A model generated the notes under the pieces. That model saw nothing but the letters and a program-made list of their open reading frames with translations, was not told the DNA's origin and ran no database searches. A program made the translations under genes and the position numbers. Source: a virus (lineage: Duplodnaviria; Caudoviricetes). From it: a stretch of DNA of 64,000 nt. Location of the stretch: IMG/VR virus record IMGVR_UViG_3300032233_001500, positions 12,767 through 76,766 of that record; one strand, given 5' to 3'. Positions 56,624-63,880 of the stretch are shown here, one piece after another; positions within the stretch are counted from its first letter, which is position 1, and each line of letters opens with the position of its first letter.

Positions 56624-58510
56624 TTATCTCGTGTACTTTCCGTTTAGGTAACTTGATGTTGGGACAAACTGCGTAGCAGAAACATTTTCACCAGAAGTAA
56701 TAATATCTTCTATTGTATTTACCACAGATTTTTGAACGTCAACTTGAAGATAAAGTTCTTTCAATCCAACAATATCATTTGATTCTGGAGCAGCTTGAAC
56801 TTCTATTATTTCAGTTATTAATGATGTCCCTATTATTTTTACAACATCTAAATCAATTTGTGCTGTAGTATAATCAATTTTTCCTGCATAACTCTTGATA
56901 ATGACTGGTAAATTATTTTCAAGTTTGAAGAAGAATATTTTTCCAGTCTTATAATCGGAATTTGGTAAGTCTGACATATAAACAGTTTCAGTCACGCCAT
57001 CAATTGTAAATCCAGTAGACTTTACAGAATAACCTTCTGTTTTTGGGTGAATTTTGTTACCAAAACAGAAAGAATATGTTGCAAATTTATTAAACTCTGG
57101 AGGAATATCTCTCCTCATTTTAATTTTGGTTATGTTTGAAGTAATTGATTTATCAGTATCATCTATCAAAGAAGTCACTTTACTATATTTAAATCTACCT
57201 CCAAAACTATTGATATCACTTGATTTTGAATACCCAGTAAGAGTATTTAATACTTTACTTCTTACCAATTCTGGATTATTAGAAAAGTTAGCATTATAAT
57301 AAACTGTTGTATCAATTTCAATGAAAAGATAATTCAAATCAATAATTTCTGGTTTTATTCCTGCAATAGAATATTGTTTCAAAGATCTAATAATATCTTG
57401 TTTTGTAATCTGTGAAAGGAAAGTACCGTTTCTTGGTTTTATAGCAATAAAAACTTTTCCATATTGTGGGGGATCCAATTCTTCCCCACCATATGCAGTC
57501 ACCGAATCAACGTTATCGTAAATATATGGAATTATACCTTTGTAATCATTGGAAGTAACTGCGCGATACTGGGATGCATAAACTCTAGGTGCAAGATATT
57601 TAATTGAATCAATTGATTCTATGTCTCCACCATTTTGCGATTTTGTCTGAGTTAATATTAATGAAATGCCAGTGGTAACAGTTTTTCCACTATTATCTTT
57701 TAATATACCAGAGAATGTAAAATTGGAGGCTCCATTGCCCATGGAACCATTTGTGACAATATAAGAAACTTCTATTTTACTTCCACCAGCTGGTTTCTTT
57801 CCAATTATTCCATCACCAAAAAGAATTTGATATTTTTCATTTTCAATTTCTTGAACTAAGAAAAATCTAGTGTCTGCAGTTGCATTTAAGATATTGTCAT
57901 AAGTATTATAAATTTCCGTAGTCTGATTCGTTACTTTTACACGAATTGTACTTGTATCAATATTTGTATTTGGAAGTATAAATTTTTGATTTGTTTGTGA
58001 AGAGTCTACCGTAAAAGTATTTGTTAAATATACTCCCTCATAGATGTCCAGATTCTCAAATGTAGCGATTGAGTTAGTAACAGGAACAGTTGTATCATCG
58101 GGAATGGAGAAAATATAATTACCATTCGAGACTGCACCAAGAGCAACTTGTCCTGCAGATAGTTTTAACGTTCTTACTAATGTTGTATTTTGATTTTGAT
58201 AAGCAGTTAAATCAACAGTAAAAGTTATTTTTGATACTGCAGATTTTCTAGATCTAGGTACGTAACCAATATTTCTAGCGAGAGATACAACGTTTTCTCT
58301 GAGAGTTGCACTATCCAAAAATACTTCATTCACGACCATGTTCGTGTTGAATGAAGTGATGTAACTATTATAAGCCAACAAATCAATCAATACAGCAAAA
58401 TTAGATCCTTCAAAGTCAAAATCAGTAAAATTACTGTTTGATCTGAGATAATCTTTAATCTGTGTCTTTAGATCAGTAAAGTCTAAATTTGTGAATTGAT
58501 TGAGTGACAT
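56624..58510 (-). CDS. gp6: Baseplate wedge subunit
   Basis: FTDFDFEGSNFAVLIDLLAYN, FLDSATLRENVVSLARNIGYVPRS, APRVYASQYRAVT, YGKVFIAIKP. Confidence 0.97.
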   Translation of the reverse strand: MSLNQFTNLDFTDLKTQIKDYLRSNSNFTDFDFEGSNFAVLIDLLAYNSYITSFNTNMVVNEVFLDSATLRENVVSLARNIGYVPRSRKSAVSKITFTVDLTAYQNQNTTLVRTLKLSAGQVALGAVSNGNYIFSIPDDTTVPVTNSIATFENLDIYEGVYLTNTFTVDSSQTNQKFILPNTNIDTSTIRVKVTNQTTEIYNTYDNILNATADTRFFLVQEIENEKYQILFGDGIIGKKPAGGSKIEVSYIVTNGSMGNGASNFTFSGILKDNSGKTVTTGISLILTQTKSQNGGDIESIDSIKYLAPRVYASQYRAVTSNDYKGIIPYIYDNVDSVTAYGGEELDPPQYGKVFIAIKPRNGTFLSQITKQDIIRSLKQYSIAGIKPEIIDLNYLFIEIDTTVYYNANFSNNPELVRSKVLNTLTGYSKSSDINSFGGRFKYSKVTSLIDDTDKSITSNITKIKMRRDIPPEFNKFATYSFCFGNKIHPKTEGYSVKSTGFTIDGVTETVYMSDLPNSDYKTGKIFFFKLENNLPVIIKSYAGKIDYTTAQIDLDVVKIIGTSLITEIIEVQAAPESNDIVGLKELYLQVDVQKSVVNTIEDIITSGENVSATQFVPTSSYLNGKYTR

Positions 58511-58908
58511 TAGATCCTAGAAGGTTGTAGTATAAAGTCTACCGTCTGTGCAGGAAATGGTAATCCTATGACATTATAAGAAATGCGAATATTCAAATCA
58601 TTTGATTCTGGTGGGTAAGTAACAGATATCGTTGAAATGGATATTCTTGGTTCAAAGTTTTTTAAAACTGTATTAATTTCACTCTCCAATCTAAGTGACA
58701 TCTCTGGAGTTTGAAGTTCAAAGATGGAATTATCTACTGAAGTTCCAAGAAGTTCATTAAAAACTCTTTCGCCGAGTCTTGTTCGTACTAGATTAATTAC
58801 AGATTTTTTAATTGCATCTGCATCATTAATACTCAAAATATCATTAGTCACCGGATTTCTCACAAATGATAAACTAATATCTTTAAATTTGCGAGAAATC
58901 GTAGCCAT
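58510..58908 (-). CDS. gp25: Baseplate wedge/sheath-initiator subunit
   Basis: FKDISLSFVRNPVTND, IKKSVINLVRTRLGERVF, FEPRI; 1-bp overlap with gp6. Confidence 0.95.
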   Translation of the reverse strand: MATISRKFKDISLSFVRNPVTNDILSINDADAIKKSVINLVRTRLGERVFNELLGTSVDNSIFELQTPEMSLRLESEINTVLKNFEPRISISTISVTYPPESNDLNIRISYNVIGLPFPAQTVDFILQPSRI

Positions 58909-58923
58909 TACTCAAACTAAGGG

Positions 58924-58931
58924 TATTTATT
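58924..58931 (-). promoter_or_regulatory. T4-type late promoter AATAAATA
   Basis: TATTTATT on + strand upstream of gp25. Confidence 0.6.
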
Positions 58932-58948
58932 ATATGTATAAGACCTTT

Positions 58949-59188
58949 TTACCACTTTTTACCGTAAGTTGGTTCAGTACCATAGTCCCAATCATCATAA
59001 TCTTCATCATTACGAATCTTCTCGTGAAGGTCTGTCTGCTTCTTTAAGTCATGTTTGGGTGCAATGTCGTGCATCACCTCTTGAATGACCCTTGTAGACG
59101 GTGTGGCACCATAATCCGTGACCAATTTGGATGTACCCCACATCTGATGCATGTAATCTGAATTGCGATCAACTGGTAAATTTGACAT
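58949..59188 (-). CDS. Hypothetical protein
   Basis: 79 aa with AGGAG ribosome-binding site; acidic DEDYDDWDYG end. Confidence 0.8.
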   Translation of the reverse strand: MSNLPVDRNSDYMHQMWGTSKLVTDYGATPSTRVIQEVMHDIAPKHDLKKQTDLHEKIRNDEDYDDWDYGTEPTYGKKW

Positions 59189-59194
59189 GTTTAG

Positions 59195-59239
59195 CTCCTG
59201 ATTGTAAAAATCAGAACTTTTTAAGGGGTTGCTATCCCT
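59195..59239 (-). promoter_or_regulatory. Two-hairpin leader; the second hairpin pairs with the Shine-Dalgarno of the 79-aa ORF
   Basis: TTCTGATT-TTTAC-AATCAGGA stem covers AGGA of the AGGAG site; upstream AGGG-N8-CCCT hairpin. Confidence 0.45.
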
Positions 59240-59699
59240 ATTCAGTCTTCTTCGTTACCATTTCATAGTCATCACCAAGAATTTCTTTTAGATATTCTTC
59301 GCTCCAGTAATTATAATATTCCGTCTTTGATAATTCTTTTCTGACTTTACTCAATTTTTTCTTTGATTGACACAAAATTAAGTTATATTTTTTATTATTT
59401 GTCTGTATTCCATTAATAAAAGTCTCTCTGGATGCACAATCCTCAAAGAAACTATAATAAGGGAACTTTTCGTTATAATATTCTACCCATTTTTGAACTC
59501 TATCAAGTCTCCAAAAATCCTCTACAATAAAAATGATGACATCATGACCTGGTTCAGGCACAATGTCATCAATTGGAGTTTCTACAATTAGAGATCTTGA
59601 CTTGGAAGCATAAGGACAGACAGAATATCCACCCAATTGTTCATGCTCTTTGGATACTTCTGCGATCCATTCTTGAATGTATGCTTCCTTCTCAGTCAT
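59238..59699 (-). CDS. Hypothetical protein (WI...LGGYSVCPYA motif)
   Basis: 153-aa ORF in frame with the packed neighbours. Confidence 0.75.
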   Translation of the reverse strand: MTEKEAYIQEWIAEVSKEHEQLGGYSVCPYASKSRSLIVETPIDDIVPEPGHDVIIFIVEDFWRLDRVQKWVEYYNEKFPYYSFFEDCASRETFINGIQTNNKKYNLILCQSKKKLSKVRKELSKTEYYNYWSEEYLKEILGDDYEMVTKKTE

Positions 59700-59702
59700 A
59701 AA

Positions 59703-59849
59703 TCACCCAGCAGCAAGTGGCGAGAATTGACTTGGTTCTGGTTCAGATACGGTTCCTGCTTGTTCTGCAACATTATAACCGAATACTTGTGCATCTTCTG
59801 GTGCAGGAGGTGCAGCAAGTGGCGATAGTGTTGGATCTGAGTCTGCCAT
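59703..59849 (-). CDS. 48-aa Pro/Ala-rich acidic peptide
   Basis: Read by hand: MADSDPTLSPLAAPPAPEDAQVFGYNVAEQAGTVSEPEPSQFSPLAAG*; CTAAATA upstream. Confidence 0.6.
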   Translation of the reverse strand: MADSDPTLSPLAAPPAPEDAQVFGYNVAEQAGTVSEPEPSQFSPLAAG

Positions 59850-59871
59850 AATTTTAACTCTATTTTTAAAT

Positions 59872-59878
59872 TATTTAG
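59872..59878 (-). promoter_or_regulatory. Late promoter variant CTAAATA
   Basis: TATTTAG upstream of the 48-aa ORF. Confidence 0.45.
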
Positions 59879-59881
59879 ACG

Positions 59882-60025
59882 TTATTTACCTTGACCACGA
59901 TAACGCTTACGAGCTTTATTACGACTCGTTGCAGCATACTTGGTATGGGCTCCAGTACCTTGAAGAGTTTTCTTTGGTTTGGATTCAATAACAACTTTAC
60001 TACTTAAAGATTTTTTTACAGCCAT
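59882..60025 (-). CDS. 47-aa basic peptide ending in KRYRGQGK
   Basis: Read by hand: MAVKKSLSSKVVIESKPKKTLQGTGAHTKYAATSRNKARKRYRGQGK*; GAGG site upstream. Confidence 0.75.
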   Translation of the reverse strand: MAVKKSLSSKVVIESKPKKTLQGTGAHTKYAATSRNKARKRYRGQGK

Positions 60026-60131
60026 TTTAAATACCTCAACTTTTGGTTTTCTTTTCGCGCCGAATTTTATTCTTCAAACGCGCCATAACATAAGATTTCT
60101 AGGGGTTCCGAAGAACCCCATTTAATTCAGA

Positions 60132-60884
60132 TCACAGAATACGAGTCTTCTCGTGACCAACGCGAATCTTTGGATCACACCAGATCTCAAATCCTGCTGC
60201 TTTTGCATCCAGACAGAACGATACGTCTTCTCCACACATATCTTGAACTTCTCCGGAATCAAAGACTTGCATCTTCGGAGCAAACCAAGGATACTCAAGA
60301 GATTCAAAGACACCTTTCTTAATCAATACCCAACCAAAACCAGTATAGTCTACGGTAAAGGGTTTACGACGTTTCTGCATCGTCTCACCAGTTTCATGAT
60401 TCATGACTCCACCATTATTCTTGAAGTCATCCTCTTCCAACCAGTGTGCAACCGAAGTCGTCTGACCATCTTCAGTCATATACCAACCAGCTGCAATGTC
60501 TTTATCCATTGCAACAAGACGATAGAACTTCTCGGTATCAAATACGATATCATTATCAATCCAGAGTTGATAATCGTAATTCAGTTTACCATCCCAGGGT
60601 ACTTGTTTTGGTCCACGAAGAACATTCGCACCAAGTACTTTGCATCGTGCAAAGTTGACCATGGAAGAATAGTCCTGTGAAATTTGAATTGATGCACCAA
60701 CTTGGACTAAATCAAAACAAAGTTGAACAAATGCTTTGAGAAAAATATAAGAACACCCACGACCTGGAAGACAGAAGATGATTGATTTGCCTCGGATAGC
60801 TTCCTTTGCAGCCTCAATATCAAATTCATCCTCACTCTTTTTCGGAGTCGGAGCATTCGCTTTAATCGTAAATCCTTTAGACAT
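60132..60884 (-). CDS. Glycosyltransferase-like protein (GT-A fold)
   Basis: IIFCLPGR, NFARC, DxD motif in QLWIDNDIVF, TGFGWVLIKKGVFE, CGEDVSFC, VGHEK. Confidence 0.75.
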   Translation of the reverse strand: MSKGFTIKANAPTPKKSEDEFDIEAAKEAIRGKSIIFCLPGRGCSYIFLKAFVQLCFDLVQVGASIQISQDYSSMVNFARCKVLGANVLRGPKQVPWDGKLNYDYQLWIDNDIVFDTEKFYRLVAMDKDIAAGWYMTEDGQTTSVAHWLEEDDFKNNGGVMNHETGETMQKRRKPFTVDYTGFGWVLIKKGVFESLEYPWFAPKMQVFDSGEVQDMCGEDVSFCLDAKAAGFEIWCDPKIRVGHEKTRIL

Positions 60885-60929
60885 AAAATTTAGAATTGCA
60901 ACGTTGTTATTCTACCACTACAAGTCAAT

Positions 60930-61097
60930 TCATGCAATGGTTTCTGGTGTATTTAGAGTGTAGGAGACAACCGAATATCTTAGATCTTCTTCAAGAGTAC
61001 AATACTCTTTGATTATCCCCATCTTATGTTTTAGATCAGGTTCATTTACATTTTCTGCAACGACCTGACCATCTACAAGTATATTATACACATTCAT
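60930..61097 (-). CDS. Hypothetical protein
   Basis: Track ORF 60930..61112; likelier start MNVYNILV at 61097, overlapping the upstream ORF. Confidence 0.6.
   Translation of the reverse strand: MNVYNILVDGQVVAENVNEPDLKHKMGIIKEYCTLEEDLRYSVVSYTLNTPETIA
60950..60956 (-). promoter_or_regulatory. Late promoter variant CTAAATA
   Basis: TATTTAG about 65 bp upstream of the glycosyltransferase-like gene. Confidence 0.4.
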
Positions 61098-61233
61098 CTT
61101 CAATTTTAGCAAGTAGGTCCTCTATTTCATTTCTGAGAGAATGATTAATTACAAGAATCTTATCTTGCTCCAATCTATGTTGAATACATTCAAGAAGTAA
61201 ATCTTTTTCGTAGTGATCTATATTTAATTGCAT
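61084..61233 (-). CDS. 49-aa hypothetical protein
   Basis: Read by hand: MQLNIDHYEKDLLLECIQHRLEQDKILVINHSLRNEIEDLLAKIEDECV*; AAGGA site upstream. Confidence 0.65.
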   Translation of the reverse strand: MQLNIDHYEKDLLLECIQHRLEQDKILVINHSLRNEIEDLLAKIEDECV

Positions 61234-61272
61234 TTCCTTACAAAGTTTAATCTTCAAACATTATATATGAAT

Positions 61273-61392
61273 TTATTTCTTTTTCCGTTTGTTACTTGCA
61301 TTTTTCTGTGCGGTTGATCTACACTGTCCAGTCGCTTTTCTCTTATCTCCATTTCCGAAGGTCGGATTCTTTTTTGGTTTCTTTGGTGCCAT
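61273..61392 (-). CDS. 39-aa highly basic peptide
   Basis: MAPKKPKKNPTFGNGDKRKATGQCRSTAQKNASNKRKKK*, the 3' part of track ORF 61273..61566; the upstream extension crosses GC-rich, non-coding-looking DNA. Confidence 0.55.
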   Translation of the reverse strand: MAPKKPKKNPTFGNGDKRKATGQCRSTAQKNASNKRKKK

Positions 61393-61579
61393 GTGAGTAC
61401 TGGGAGTAAGTGGACCTGGCCAGAGATTTATGGCCGGCAAAAATTTTTTGAAACGAGTTGAATATTTACAGCGCTTTTTGTCACCTCTGTAGGTTAGGGA
61501 CTTAAGCGTTTTTATAACGGTACGCGGGGACGCGACGGACGCCCCACACGCCAAAACACTGCTCAAACTGCGAGAGATT

Positions 61580-61611
61580 AGGGGTGGATTTGAGTGTATT
61601 CGTCCACCCCT
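61580..61611. terminator. GC-rich hairpin, probable terminator at the early/late junction
   Basis: AGGGGTGGA-N14-TCCACCCCT perfect 9-bp inverted repeat 13 bp below the 61625 ORF stop. Confidence 0.55.
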
Positions 61612-61624
61612 TATTCGTTATACT

Positions 61625-61810
61625 TTAGGTGACAATCTGTGCGTGTTTGTCATTCATTTTACCACGGTTAGTGTTAGTCCGCAACCCTTTAGTTTGTGTC
61701 AACCAGAGATGAGACTTCCGAGGTTTCGCTGTAGGCAACACCGTGTACTTAATGTTACCCTGAACGTCTGCAATCATCAGATCAAGTTTAGTTGCGGTTG
61801 CGATGTTCAT
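61625..61810 (-). CDS. Early-region hypothetical protein
   Basis: 61-aa ORF, basic C-terminus. Confidence 0.6.
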   Translation of the reverse strand: MNIATATKLDLMIADVQGNIKYTVLPTAKPRKSHLWLTQTKGLRTNTNRGKMNDKHAQIVT

Positions 61811-61848
61811 AAGAATGTGAAGAGAAGTGTGTAGGTCTTAAGTGTGAA

Positions 61849-62046
61849 TCAATCGGTGACAGTTTCCTCCAGAATAATATCACCTTCCTCATTCATAATG
61901 ATATGAAACCACTCCCCTTCTTCTTCTCCGTTTGTATACATTTCCACTGTGTCATTGACGAACTTAACATAACCTTCCATCAGGTCATTTTCACCTTCCT
62001 CGTTATAAACAAAACCAGAGGAAAGAAGAGTAGGAAGAAGAGACAT
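61849..62046 (-). CDS. Early-region acidic hypothetical protein
   Basis: 65 aa, Glu-rich. Confidence 0.65.
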   Translation of the reverse strand: MSLLPTLLSSGFVYNEEGENDLMEGYVKFVNDTVEMYTNGEEEGEWFHIIMNEEGDIILEETVTD

Positions 62047-62084
62047 TTGAAGAAGAAGTAGGAGGACTTAAGTGATAACGAAGA

Positions 62085-62336
62085 TCAGAGATCTTTCAAC
62101 ATTTCGTTAATCTCAAAATGATTAACTTTCTTAGAGTTCCATTTCACACCGTCAGGAGTTTCCTTTGAACCACACTCCCAGAGACCTGCAATCACATCAT
62201 CATAAGACTTACACTCCTGTGCAAAGTTATAAAGACCCTCATCATTTTGAATCCACAGAGATACATTCCAGGTCTCATAATTGGTCCACCCATTGTAACC
62301 TTTGTCAGTGATGTCAGTTTGATAGGAGACGGTCAT
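62085..62336 (-). CDS. Early-region protein of the NGWTNYETW type
   Basis: GYNGWTNYETWNVSLWIQNDEGLY motif; first ORF below the promoter element at about 62380-62440. Confidence 0.8.
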   Translation of the reverse strand: MTVSYQTDITDKGYNGWTNYETWNVSLWIQNDEGLYNFAQECKSYDDVIAGLWECGSKETPDGVKWNSKKVNHFEINEMLKDL

Positions 62337-62382
62337 TGTAGATTCTGAGAGTGTGTTTGGAGGTCATCCCCTCCACTTCCTT

Positions 62383-62441
62383 AAGATACCCGATTCTGAC
62401 CCTCCAAAACCATACTGTGTGCCACTAATACAACTGTCCAC
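62383..62441 (-). promoter_or_regulatory. Putative early promoter: TATCTT -10-like box plus upstream GTGGACAGTT-N5-AGTGGCACAC element
   Basis: Sequence directly upstream of the 62336 ORF; no clear -35. Confidence 0.5.
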
Positions 62442-62502
62442 TATTCTCTCAGTTCTTACTTTTCTGTGGTACAATCACGAATAGTTTGTTCTTGAGTTGC
62501 TC

Positions 62503-62953
62503 ATAAGAACTCTAGAGTAAGCTAAGCTCTCATCCCCCTTATGCAACCCCACAGAGTTATTATAAGGCTTTTAGAGAGTTATGGCAACTCTGAGATGTTT
62601 TCTCCTTAGAGTGCTCATAAGTCCTTAGAGTTCTTATGAGTTTTCCACAGCTTTTTCCACAGGTAAGTATAAAGTTTTCCACAGCCTTATGTGATAAGAA
62701 CTCAGTGGCAATCTGAGATCTTGTGATAACCTGTGGAAAACTTTTGGTCTTATGTGTTTGGAACTGCCAGAGGGGGAAACAGCTGATTTCAGAGGATTTC
62801 AGAGGTCTCGGTGTACTTTTGCGTGGGGGTCTTATGTATTTTTTTGAGTCCGGTGGAGTTTTTATGTGGACCCGGTTGCCATTTTGAGCGGTCGTGTGAT
62901 AGAATGCCCGCTTAGATCACAAGAACTCAGAGGGTTTTTGAGCATAAGAACTC
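62503..62953. repeat. Dispersed ATAAGAACTC repeats (3 forward, 1 reverse) plus a tandem GATTTCAGAG x2
   Basis: Copies at 62503, 62694, 62944 and reverse at 62628; tandem 10-mer at 62785-62804. Confidence 0.8.
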
Positions 62954-63081
62954 AAAGAACTTCAAGACCTTAAACATACTCATAAACCCTCATTAACTTA
63001 CATTTAACAAAAGAGATAGAAAAGGCAACTATATTTTTTTAGCCATTTTTAATTGATACTTTTTCCACAGCTTTTTCCACA
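62641..63081. promoter_or_regulatory. Cluster of six DnaA-box-like 9-mers TTTTCCACA (candidate origin or DnaA-binding locus)
   Basis: Forward at 62641, 62653, 62675, 63061, 63073; reverse (TGTGGAAAA) at 62732. Confidence 0.65.
62876..62905 (+). promoter_or_regulatory. Sigma70-type promoter on the + (non-coding) strand
   Basis: TTGCCA-N18-TAGAAT with extended -10 TGn. Confidence 0.6.
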
Positions 63082-63104
63082 GCAGTATCAAAAACCATCA
63101 AAAA

Positions 63105-63230
63105 TCACGGATCATAACTCTCTACTTCTGTTCCCCCATAAGAGCAATCATCCCATTGAATATCCCACTCAATGGTATCATTTTGTTCTTGTATTTCTGA
63201 AGAGAAAAATGTTACGTCTTCGTCATTCAT
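63105..63230 (-). CDS. 41-aa very acidic peptide
   Basis: Read by hand: MNDEDVTFFSSEIQEQNDTIEWDIQWDDCSYGGTEVESYDP*; ATGA overlap with the upstream stop. Confidence 0.65.
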   Translation of the reverse strand: MNDEDVTFFSSEIQEQNDTIEWDIQWDDCSYGGTEVESYDP

Positions 63231-63439
63231 TTGTTCTTCCTCTTGAGGTTATATTCACCGAGATTTTCTACATAAACCTCATTGACTGTTTCATTACCTT
63301 TGAGTTCCAAAAGTTCAGACCATTTCCACTCATTCGGACTGACGCAGTTTGATGTATCTACGGTGAAATCTAATGTAACTCTGTACCTTGTAACTTTGTT
63401 CGTTGACGTTGTGTTGAGTGACATAAGAATGGTGTCCAT
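63227..63439 (-). CDS. Early-region hypothetical protein
   Basis: 70 aa, RYRVTLDFTVD...PNEWKWSELLEL; strong sigma70 promoter upstream. Confidence 0.75.
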   Translation of the reverse strand: MDTILMSLNTTSTNKVTRYRVTLDFTVDTSNCVSPNEWKWSELLELKGNETVNEVYVENLGEYNLKRKNK

Positions 63440-63462
63440 TGTTGAATGAAAACTACATTAGT

Positions 63463-63491
63463 ATTTTATACTTTTTCGTTGTTATTGTCAA
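63463..63491 (-). promoter_or_regulatory. Near-consensus sigma70 early promoter
   Basis: TTGACA-N17-TAAAAT, embedded in the 3' end of the 63466 ORF. Confidence 0.75.
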
Positions 63492-63609
63492 CTGAATTGT
63501 GATACTTTTCTAACACAGTTGATGTGATTGTTTCAGTGAAATAATCAGTGATTTCTTGATACATAATGTTCATTGTTTGATCATCATAATCATCAGTCCA
63601 ATTTGTCAT
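63466..63609 (-). CDS. 47-aa acidic peptide
   Basis: Read by hand: MTNWTDDYDDQTMNIMYQEITDYFTETITSTVLEKYHNSVDNNNEKV*. Confidence 0.55.
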   Translation of the reverse strand: MTNWTDDYDDQTMNIMYQEITDYFTETITSTVLEKYHNSVDNNNEKV

Positions 63610-63614
63610 TAGAA

Positions 63615-63779
63615 TCAGAACTCCATCGGTTCCAGATTTTCAATTCCCAGAACCTGAGCAATTAGTGGAGATTCGGCATAAGTGAATCCAACAGAATCAG
63701 CAGCCATACTATCAAGAACCTTCAGCAAATCGTTTCCAGTTTGTGCGCGATCAAACAGGATTTGTTGTTCGGTGGTCAT
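63615..63779 (-). CDS. 54-aa hypothetical protein
   Basis: Read by hand: MTTEQQILFDRAQTGNDLLKVLDSMAADSVGFTYAESPLIAQVLGIENLEPMEF*. Confidence 0.65.
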   Translation of the reverse strand: MTTEQQILFDRAQTGNDLLKVLDSMAADSVGFTYAESPLIAQVLGIENLEPMEF

Positions 63780-63880
63780 AACGAAAAGAGAAAAAGTGTA
63801 GTGTGAAAAATGAAACCTTTTAACGTCTTATTTCAGGACGGAGTGTCATTGAATCAGTGAATCGCGGTTTAGATTGTTCA

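Noticed and set aside
1723-60963. The many short + strand ORFs in the six-frame track
   Set aside because: All are antisense shadows of long minus-strand genes, with no supporting motifs or signals
62460-63100. Possible CRISPR mini-array
   Set aside because: Repeats are 9-22 bp, occur in both orientations and are irregularly spaced; there is no repeat-spacer periodicity
63053-63352. 99-aa + strand ORF downstream of the antisense promoter
   Set aside because: Begins inside the DnaA-box pair (LFPQLFPQ is just the repeat), lies antisense to two plausible genes and lacks an RBS; cannot be fully excluded
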